From NCBI RefSeq assembly GCF_026210795.1, contig NC_089434.1, forward strand, positions 1,798,001 to 1,862,000: a stretch of 64,000 nt of DNA, given 5' to 3'. The notes under the pieces were generated by a model that was not told the DNA's origin, searched no databases, and saw only the letters and a list, made by a program, of their open reading frames with translations. Source of the stretch: Rhizophagus irregularis. Lineage: Eukaryota. Numbering within the stretch: position 1 is the stretch's first letter; each line of letters opens with the position of its first letter. This document shows positions 54,941 through 64,000 of the stretch, one piece after another. The translations under genes were made by a program, and so were the position numbers.

Positions 54941-55734
54941 TTACCTCTCACAATCTGGAATAGGTACATCACAAATAAAATCCCCAAAATCATTCGGATT
55001 AGAAAATAACTTCTGTAAGAACTTATAAATCATATCAGCAGCCAATTCAGTCTTAGTGCCAAATATATTAACCTTACCAGATTTAGGCCAGATATGTACC
55101 CGAATCTTTGATGTGAAGACTATAACAATTTTAGAATGAATATCACCCGCATCATTCTTAATATACTTTATCGGAAAGGGGAGAATCTCACGAATACCAT
55201 CTACAGATTCTAAAGCATATGCTAAGGTAGAAAGATGAATAAACTTATTACTCCCGATATTAATCACAAATTTGTAATTACACAGGAGAGCCTTATTTCC
55301 ACCCACAAGTTCTACAGAAGAAAACTCAGGTAGGGAACATTCAGAAAGGTAACGTAAGAAGATAGCAACAGGATCAAAAGATCCGAAAACTTGTATACTA
55401 CCAGATCTAGGAAAATAACGAATGGTATGTACAGAATCAGCTAAAATGATAACAAACTCAATGCAAGCATTAAAAGTGCTACCATCCCCAGTACGTCACC
55501 GTCTATTTAATGGATTGTCAGGTGTACTTCTTCTGCATCGTCTCTCACCTTTTGGTTTAGATAAGTACTGTTCATAACCCTCAAAAGCTTTATGAATAAA
55601 GTTGCTATTAATGGCAATAACATCCTTAAGTAGGTTCAAGCTTATGTCCAAGCACGGTGTAATCAGCCCCCTTCAACATTGATCTTAAATTCAGTAACAG
55701 TAAGAGATGGAGTAAGTTCACTAAAAGTAAGCAT
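54941..55734 (-). pseudogene. Viral-type TATA-binding-protein-like gene (asfarvirus B263R-like), disrupted
   Basis: Reconstructed VIAINSNFIHKAFEGYEQY..TGDGSTFNACIEF..YFPRSGSIQVFG..CNYKFVIN..IRVHIWPKSGKVNIFGTKTELAADMIYKFLQKLF..ICDVPIPD. Two frameshifts at about 55630-55670 and a TGA near 55497. Confidence 0.75.
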
Positions 55735-55838
55735 GTCTGGTTTTTTCTATTGATAGAAAAGAAATGTTCAAATTATTTTATCCTAAGAAAAAATCTAATT
55801 AAATAAAACTTCTTCATCAATATCTCATATGAGATACC

Positions 55839-56351
55839 ATGACAAACAATAGCTTACCTTTCGAACTTTTAGAAAAGATATTCAAAACTTCATATGAAGG
55901 TACTTACTCCCGTTGGTATTATCTTTGCAATTATGCATTAGTGTGTCGAAAATGGGCTGTAGTAGCAAACTCTCTCCTATGGGGTGAAACAGACCTTTAT
56001 AACCGCTATAATATTAAGGAGTTCCAAATGTACAAACATCTCACAAAACCAGGGACAGTATGTGGAAAATATATCAGAAAGCTTAATATGGATGAGGTAA
56101 AATTATGGCCCATTTGTATTGTAAAAATGCTACAAGCTTGTCCCAATATCCAGGAACTTAGCATAATAGATTATCAATACTATGGTGGAAAAGGTGACGT
56201 TAGAGATTTGCTAAGTGAAATTCTGCATATATTACCAAAACTTCGAATGATAGATATCAGATATAGTCGATATTTTAAAAATAAAAATGCCATTGAAAAA
56301 CTCATAGAAACCCGTAAAGACCTAGAAATCAGAGTAACATGGCAAATGTAA
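55839..56351 (+). CDS. F-box protein with a short LRR-like C-terminus
   Basis: LPFELLEKIF..LVCRKW F-box pattern; ACPNIQELSI and LPKLRMIDI repeats. Confidence 0.75.
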   Translation: MTNNSLPFELLEKIFKTSYEGTYSRWYYLCNYALVCRKWAVVANSLLWGETDLYNRYNIKEFQMYKHLTKPGTVCGKYIRKLNMDEVKLWPICIVKMLQACPNIQELSIIDYQYYGGKGDVRDLLSEILHILPKLRMIDIRYSRYFKNKNAIEKLIETRKDLEIRVTWQM

Positions 56352-56367
56352 TATTTGTAAAGGCTAA

Positions 56368-56535
56368 TCACTGCCAAAAAATTTGGGCACTGCCCTGTTC
56401 ACCGCCCGTCACTGCCAAAAAAAATTTGGGCACTACCCCTGTTACTGCCCGTCACTGCCGAAAAAATTTGGGCACTACCCCTGTTACTGCCCGTCACTGC
56501 TGAAAAATTTGGGCACGCCCGTCACGCCCGCCACC
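56368..56535. repeat. GC-rich tandem repeat of about 40 bp (about 4 units) between convergent genes
   Basis: Unit TCACTGCC(A)nTTTGGGCACTACCCCTGTTACTGCCCG. Confidence 0.9.
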
Positions 56536-56639
56536 GCCCATCATCGCTGCAGAAGTTTGGGAAACACATGGATTTTTCCTAGCAAGATGACGCTTTAACT
56601 TAGAGGGAAAGTCAAAACTTGCTCCACATAGATGACAGG

Positions 56640-58803
56640 TTAATCTTCCTCGAGAGTGTGAATTTTTTTTAAGTCGATAGTATCCATCTGCAAGGAAGTC
56701 ACGTTAGTTTTCCGTTTATGTAGAGAAATTGGAATGGTAATTTTTTTACGTGATGATAGAGGGATGGTCAGTTGCCGATTTTGGAAATCTAGAATGACAT
56801 TATCACGATCAATCCAAGGTACACCCAGTAATAAAAAGTCCTTATCACTCTTAACAACCATGAAGTCATCTTCGATTTTTTTAGAGTTCTTCCCATCATA
56901 CACAAGAATACCAAGACCATATACTGTCCCAATAGTATCAGATTTTGTCGCAACACCACTAAGGTCAGGAGCATTACTTCTATCAACGTCAAGATTTAGG
57001 CGCTTTTACAATATTGTTAGATATCAGAGAACTATCAGAACCAGTATCGAAAATTGTCGTAGGAATAACCAAAGATTTTTCACTCTCAGGCGACTTCTTA
57101 CTTTGGTCTTAATATGACTACATCACTAGCAGACTTGCGGTTAACAATTCCAATACCTGCTATAGAAGACCATAAGTCATTATTACATATAACATCATCA
57201 TTTTTACGGATTAAATTTGCAGCCATACTATTAGTTACAACCGAAATCATAGGATGAAGGATAGATGATGAAAAAGGTCCTTAACATTATCCCAAACTTT
57301 TTCACGTGTTTTTATTGAGGGTTCTCCCTTTAAGCTGACTGAGTACTGGTTCTTTATAATTAATGAATTCAGCATTCAGAGCATTGTAAGCAGATATAAC
57401 AGTCTCTTTTGGTACAGCATTAACGAAGGATTGAACCAGAAGCTTTAAGAGTTGTATAAAAACCTCAAAGATAATACGCTGCCTTTCAAGTTGTGATTTT
57501 TTCTTATCAGTAGGCTTTTTATCTATACGTTTCCTTTCTGTAGGCTTTTTTTTAATCATAGCAGGCATGTCCAGAGTCTGATGAATCGCTATCAGAGGAT
57601 TCAGAGGAGTCAGAGGCGTCAGAAGAGTTAGAGGAATCAGAGGAGTCATGTGCATAATTTGTTTTCCTCTTTCCCTTCTTAGATTTTGGACAGGAACTCT
57701 TAGTATGACCAGATTTTCCACAACTTGAGCATTTCTTTGATTTCTTTGGTTTGCGTGTACCTGAACTTATACCAAATACCTGATTACCACGGTAAATATG
57801 GTCAGATGGTAAATTTTTATTAAGTTCTGTATCAATAAATATTTCAAGATCACTAAGGGTTACTTTACTTATATCGATATCTCTTGGAAGACCTAATTTA
57901 TATGCTAAAGCAAGTAATCTCTGAAATGATGTATCATTTTGAGGACTTGAAAATGGACTAGAAGATGGTACTGGTACTGCAGATGATCTAGCCGTAGTCA
58001 TAGGAATTTTAGAATTTATAAGATTCTCAATATCCGCTAAAGTTGGACCCTCGATATGTAACTATAGGAGTAGGTGGCATATCTGTCCTGTATTTCTCAA
58101 CTTCTTCCAATTTATTCAGAATAGATGCAACTGAATTTTCTAAACCAATACGTCGCGCATCCAACTTATTTTCACTGGAAAGACCATTTAAGAACTGTTG
58201 CCGTACTAATTCATTCTGATTTACCTCTGGAAGAGTTGGATATGCAAGTCTAACCATTCTTCGTAATTTAGAATAGAATCGGCTTACAGTATCACTACCC
58301 TGAACAATAGCATTAAATGCAAGTTTAGACTTTTCAGATGTTATAGTAGGGAAGTAATGCTTAAAACGATATATTAATTGTCCAATACGTATTCCAGGAG
58401 CCACAATTGTACCTCCATTATTAGCATTAGGATTATTAACAGCTATATCAGTAGGACGACCCTCGACTACTGACCAATCTTCATCCCATACAGTATGATC
58501 AGGTATAAAATTAGCACCAGTAATAGTATTATCTGCAGCTGCTTGTCCATGTAATACACCAGCCCTTCCACGAAATTGATTCGCCGCTACAGCCTGTATA
58601 GCGCCATTATTCAAAGCATTAAAAGCAGCAAGATTGGCCACACCAGTATTATCCAGAAGATTTACACATTCCCAATTTTTTCCTTTGATATGTGTTTCAT
58701 ACCAATCTCTAGCATCATCTTCAAGTAAAGTCTCAAAGATCCCATGAATCCTAACACGAGTTCTAGCATTAGCAGCAGGATCAAGTCCAGCAGACTCACA
58801 CCA
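56640..58803 (-). pseudogene. Ty3/gypsy-like Gag + CCHC zinc knuckle + retropepsin protease, 5'-truncated and frameshifted
   Basis: LEDDARDWY; QGSDTVSRFYSKL..RQQFLNGL (capsid-like); CSSCGKSGHTKSSC; IFDTGSDSSLIS (DTG at 57048-57040); FLLLGVPW. No RT, integrase or LTR is visible. Confidence 0.8.
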
Positions 58804-58805
58804 AT

Positions 58806-61800
58806 GCGGAGGCCAATAAATTCTGCTATAACTGCTCCATTACATTCATCCTTAAATTTTCCTGGGATTTTCATATTTATGTCAGTCTTATCACCTAATG
58901 CTTTTCGTACAGGATGATCTTTAGGATAATCACTGAAGTCAAATTGGTCTGCCATATCTATGAGGTCTGCATTAATATCCTCAGTTTGGATTTGTACAAG
59001 AAGTGAGTCTGTGTCTGTATAACATAACTGGATTTTTTCACCATATCGTACTTTAAGAGTATCATAGTAGAATTGATACATACAGAGCTTCGAGAGGTCA
59101 AGCACACTCATACCCACATATGTTGGACGGTTAAGCATTACCTCCACTTTTCGTCGGTGAATTGCAACAAGATTTTCTGAGAATATTTTACGACCCTTGA
59201 ATGCAGGATCTGAGGTAAGCTTTTTATATTTCTTGGGATGGGTTTGGGGTTGTACTACTGAGACACGTACACGTTTCCTGAGATTTTCCATAGTTTTACC
59301 AAATACACTATTATTCATGAGTTTATAGAAGTCCTTCTCAAAATCATTTTTAGCCTTAGCACGTTCGGCGGTGTTAAATTCTATATATGGTTTCATCCAT
59401 GGAGCCTGCTCGAATTTTATAGCTTCATAGACCTTCTTAATTACTAAGCCCTGGCTAACATAATACTGGAGATTTCTATAATGAACTACATATTCATCCT
59501 TATCAAATAGGTTAGGGATGAGCTTATCCGTGGGTGTATATCGTTGTCCTGAACGTGCTATTATTTCCTGCTGCTTTTTACTAAGCCATTCCTTCTTAAC
59601 CTTCATTCGTTCTGGTGCAAGGGGGTAATCTGTGTGTTGTGAATGGAGGGCTTGAGGGTACTCCAGTTTGACTTTAAGGATATATCCCTCAGAAGAATCA
59701 TCTGGTATTTCATTACTTTCTATTTGCCTTTGAATGTTAGATAACTCGTTTTCCTCCTTTATCCAGTGGAAGTTACCTGTAGGTAAGTATTGCAACATGG
59801 CCCATCCATATAGGTTATTTGCGTCTAAGTATAGAATAGATGACTTGGGCTTATCTGCGGTCCATTTACCTTCTCCCATACCTGGATTATTTGCACGAGC
59901 ACATCGTTTACTTACCATAGAGATTCCACCACGTAATCCTTGTTCTACCATCATGTACATGTCCTGGTCAGTTATAAGATCCAATCTTTGCCCTGTCATT
60001 AAGAATAGTGCATCCCATGCGAAGCCTGGTGTTGAATAGTACCAAGAGAGGATCTAACCCATATTTTTTCAAGGCCATTTCTCGGAAATTCTGAAATATA
60101 TCGGCTAGTAGGAGGACGTCAGTTTTGAGATAAATGTCATGATAATCTTGCATTGTTTTACATCCTGCTTTTTCCCATACATACTGTGCATATTCGTATT
60201 CTTTATCACTAATGTGGGTTTCATTAAGTTTGCTATAAAATGCTCCTTTAGGTGGTAAACTAGTTTTCTCGAACTTTTTCCAGTCATCCATGTATTCATA
60301 CGGGTAGACACCTTTCTTAAGATAAATCTCGAGTAATTCAGGTGGTATTTGACTTCGTGTTATTTTAAAGTTTTCGGGATGTGCAAAGCATCTACCTGCA
60401 TCAATTCGCCATAAGTGTTGTGGATTACTACATTCTTGTGCTCTACATTTTTCTGCGCCTAGGTTGGATGCTAATTTGTCGAGACTTGATTTCATGAATT
60501 GTAAGCTGTCTATAAATCGGAGGAACCTAACTTGAATGCCATATACTTTTCCATGTTATAAGGGATAGGATCAATATCATCCTCACATTCCATTGCACCA
60601 ATTCCTTGCATAATTATATGTCCATCATATCCTGATAAATTGTGAAAGATTACTGGGATATGCATTTCACGAGGTTTTATGGATAAGTCAAGATTACATC
60701 TTCTATGTGCTGCACCTCGATACCTTCCTGTAATATGGCAGTGGTCTCTTACTTTATTTCCATCTAAGGGGTTACGACATATCCAGCAGTTTATTGCATT
60801 ATCATAACTTGCTTGCTCTTGGGTTGTTAACGGCATCATTTCCATTGGGTTTCTGAATTCATTACGGATTGCTTCAGCCTCATTTAGCATTTCGATTACA
60901 AATTTTTGTGCTGCATTTTCTCCTGTAAATATCTTCTGTGATTCACTTACACCATCATATCTTACCTTAATATACGAGTATGAGCAGGGGATTTGCTCTT
61001 GTACTTTCTTGGTTTTCTTATCTTTGTCTTCATCTGTGGGTGGTATGTCCATTACTAGGGCTTCAAAGTCTGCAACAAAGTAATATGGGACTTGCATGCG
61101 GCGTTTCCAGTTCTTGAATTCATATATATCATTTCCTTTCTTTACTGATGGCATTCGGTCTGCTTGTGGGGTTTTCTTTAATCCTCGACATATTGCTACA
61201 TGTTTGTCGTAGGTTTCTTTGTTGATGTGTAAAGTGGGAGATACACCATCGGCAGACTAATATTGCATGTTCATTTTTTGTACGTTTATTTACTAAACGG
61301 CTCATATTCTTAATCCAGCAATAGTGCTGCTTTTCCCCGTTACTGATAAGTACTAAATCTATTATTTTACGGCCCTCTGCATCATCCCTATCGGTAACAT
61401 ATATTGGACATAGGCGGTGGTCACGCCATTCACAGATGCAGAGGGCAATAGTTGAGTTCTGTCGCTCAAATCTTCTTAGAATTACCTCATCAGCATGTAC
61501 TCGAAATTCGATACCTTCAAAGTTTAACTCATTTACATACTCCTTATACTTGGAAATTCTTTCTGCATTCTTTTCTACTGGATGTAATGCTGCTAGGATT
61601 GCCCACTGGAAGCATTTGTCATCATCATTAGCTGGATTTACTACTCCCTTTTTCGTGGCAAGATCTTTTGGGAGTGGTATATGTCCTGCTCCTGTGGGTG
61701 GTTGGAATTGCGAGATTTCTATAAATATTTTTTCTACACGATAGAATTCCCAACCTGATCCGTAATTTACATAGTCTTCTACTTTCTGCATGATTCTTGC

Positions 61801-62388
61801 TAATGCAAAGTTAAATGTACCATTAATATCTGTTGATGGTAGGATTGGCATATTGCGAGTTTTAAATGGTATGTTATATCTGTAGATATACTCTACTCCA
61901 TCATCTTCACTAAAGTTACCATCTCCGAATAATCCCTCAAGGTAAGAATCTAAACGTCTTATTGTAGCAAATATTCCAATTCTTACTTTTATTGATCCCA
62001 ATCGATTTCTTTCATCCCGAAGAATATTCTGGATTGTTTGACTGTGTGCTGTAAGAAATGAAGCATAGTCATGCTCTCCAGGTGTTCCTATAGCAATATC
62101 AGCTGTAAAGTTTGAGTCTGTTAACTCCTTTCCTATACGTACCTGATCACGACGTTCAAAGACTACCTCATAATGTGGGTCTGGGTCAATTTGCATCATG
62201 CGGGTTATCTCTTCATTGGTTACCGCCGCTTGTGCTTCACGGATTTGGCGGATCTCATCCTCATATTCCTGCAATTTTGCATTTGAGCGGGGATATAGGA
62301 TGGATTTGACAGGTACCTGTTTGAGTTCAGCTAAAACTGATCGGACGACTTGTCTGTGTTGGGCACTTCTTGCTTGATGTGTTGACAT
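58806..62388 (-). pseudogene. polB: Protein-primed family B DNA polymerase (Polinton type), with three frameshifts and a truncated C-terminus
   Basis: GSGW..DKCFQWAILAALHP; VADFEA; VRDHCHITGRYRGAAHRRCNL; FHNLSGYD; KGVYPYEY; YLDANNLYGWAM; KLMNNSVFGKTMEN; YTDTDSL; GKFKDE..EFIGLR, then an abrupt junction. Confidence 0.93.
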
Positions 62389-62410
62389 CTTGTATACTTT
62401 TTAGATCCCT

Positions 62411-62433
62411 CTTTTATTCAATTACATTTTTTC
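62411..62433 (-). promoter_or_regulatory. Element-specific upstream motif GAAAAAATGTAATTGAATAAAAG before polB
   Basis: Exact copies lie at the inner end of both TIRs and a degenerate copy lies at about 55787-55808. Each is 22-40 nt before an ATG. Confidence 0.7.
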
Positions 62434-62525
62434 TGAAAATAAAATTAATTATTCGCCTACCCTATAAGGATAAAAAAAGATGAAGACGGGTTAATATCGC
62501 CTTCTAAAATTTATCTGGATATAAT

Positions 62526-63070
62526 CTATTCCTCGTCATCTGAGTCATCATCATCCGAGTCACCGAACGCATCCTCATCAGGAGTATCCCCATCCTTAAA
62601 TAACTCAAAATTGCGCATCATTCGGATGTATTCTCCCTTATTAGTTTCTTCCGATATAAAACTACAATGGAGAATAGCTTGTTCTATGACTACCATTTCT
62701 TCGAATCTGGTATACTTTTCTTGACTAATTTTAGTTGATTCATCGGAAAGTTTATCAAAATTTATACCACCATCTGCACAATCTCGCCAGAAAGCCCTTT
62801 CAGCTTTCTTACATATATTGCCACTGTTCGTATGTCTATCGACGCATGCGCGCAGCAAAATCTTTCGGCTCTCCAGATTGGATTAACTTCTAGAAGATGC
62901 GGTCCAAAATTGTTACTTGGAATGTATTCCAGGATATGGCCTACAAGTTTGGGGATTGTTAATACTGCGTGCGGGGTTTGACAGCTTTTTAGGATTTCCC
63001 TATTGATAGCCATAAGATCGGAGACTGTGCAGCCGAAGATTGATGCCAACTTTTCCGCGGTATATGCCAT
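62526..63070 (-). CDS. F-box-like protein with an acidic tail (two ORFs joined by a probable frameshift near 62860)
   Basis: VLTIPKLVGHILEYI..LLEVNPIW resembles an F-box; the overlapping downstream ORF ends in a D/E tract. Confidence 0.5.
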
Positions 63071-63107
63071 GTTATGTGCTATTTATCTGTATAGTTACTT
63101 GGTACCT

Positions 63108-63549
63108 ACCTTTTATTCAATTACATTTTTTCTCGGTATAAGGGTAATTGCTTGCCTTGCTATTCCGCTCTATTGACCCCATGGCTGGTTTCCTGGATGG
63201 GTTAATATTTCCTTATCTTTTTTGGCTCCGTTGGCTTTGAAATCCTATTTCTTGTTCGGTTAATTTTTTCAGATTGTATGGTGGTAATAGAGTTGTATGG
63301 TGGTAATAAAACTATATGATGGTAAGCTAGATTATATGAAAAGTGGTAGGTGGATTATATGGTGGTAATTAAAATTATATGATGGTGGTAACTAGATTAT
63401 ATAAAGTGGTAGTTAAATTATAGTAAAAGTGGTAGGTGGATTATATGATGGTAATTAAGTTATATGATGGTGGTAATTAGATTATATAAAGTGGTAGTAT
63501 TTTAGATTATATGGTGGGGGTGAGCCAGAACCGGCATTTTCATACTACT
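63108..63549 (-). repeat. Right TIR (442 bp)
   Basis: Reverse complement of 53788-54228. Confidence 0.95.
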
Positions 63550-64000
63550 TTTTATCCATGCATTGACTAGTACCCTTTATTTCAGTTGTAATCATAAAAA
63601 AGAAATAAAATCATTTAATATGGATTGCAATCTGTAGTGCCTAGTACACATGTTGAAATGTACTATACCATTAATTTTTATTTAAAATAAATTAATGTAA
63701 TTAATGTATAATTAGTTTATATATTTTTTTTTTTATTTTTTAAATTTTAAAGTTTATTAATTATAACACTTAAAACCATACAATATAGGTGTTACATATC
63801 ACGAAAATACAGACGACAGGTCAACTACCCCACAGTGCAATGAAGATGCATTAATAAATCTGATACAAATACACTTACGAACTAAAAAAAAATGAAATGC
63901 AGGAAAAAACAAAACAAAAAAAAAGAATCCTACATACAAAAATGAAAACAAAAAAACAAAATGAAAAAATAAGGAAACAGTCAGTAATGAAGCCATCCTA

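Larger units (their letters stand above)
53788..63549. mobile_element. Polinton/Maverick-like element, internally deleted (9762 bp)
   Basis: Long TIRs starting AGTAGT and ending ACTACT; TTTTA on both flanks (53783-87 and 63550-54); protein-primed PolB; intronless genes with visibly higher GC than the flanks. Confidence 0.92.

Noticed and set aside
56383..56598. 71-aa Cys/His-rich ORF
   Set aside because: It is a translation of the ~40-bp tandem repeat.
58662..58805. Hydrophobic C-terminal tail of the 445-aa PolB ORF
   Set aside because: It is an out-of-frame read of Gag sequence past the deletion junction.
53788..63549. Integrated mitochondrial linear plasmid
   Set aside because: There is no single-subunit RNA polymerase, Trp is encoded by TGG in the standard code, and the PolB has the Polinton-type VRDHCH insertion with AGTAGT termini and a TSD.

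Overview
A very AT-rich, intron-dense eukaryotic window. The expanded CxxC-kinase family, the BTB-BACK gene and the short GT-AG introns point to a Glomeromycotina arbuscular mycorrhizal fungus of the Rhizophagus type (inference). It has three zones. (1) 1-33.5 kb is an accessory block with four near-identical tyrosine-kinase-like genes, kinase relics, two hAT MITEs with perfect 8-bp TSDs, an intact Tc1 (DD34E) element, a LINE remnant, and a 2.7-kb retroposed RT-less element carrying its own ~629-codon ORF. (2) 33.9-52.7 kb is a core-gene block: NTAQ1, an SDR, TDP1, a BTB-BACK gene, UBC9, YTH1/CPSF4, an SLP-type metallophosphatase ending in RDEL, and symplekin. (3) 53788-63549 is a 9.76-kb Polinton/Maverick-like element with 441/442-bp TIRs beginning AGTAGT and a 5-bp TTTTA TSD. 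It encodes a protein-primed PolB, an asfarvirus B263R-like TBP homologue, two F-box-like ORFs and a Ty3-like Gag/CCHC/retropepsin ORF. Four of its genes are preceded by a shared motif resembling giant-virus early promoters. This element is the most interesting system in the window. All family assignments come from motif recognition by eye; no searches were run.
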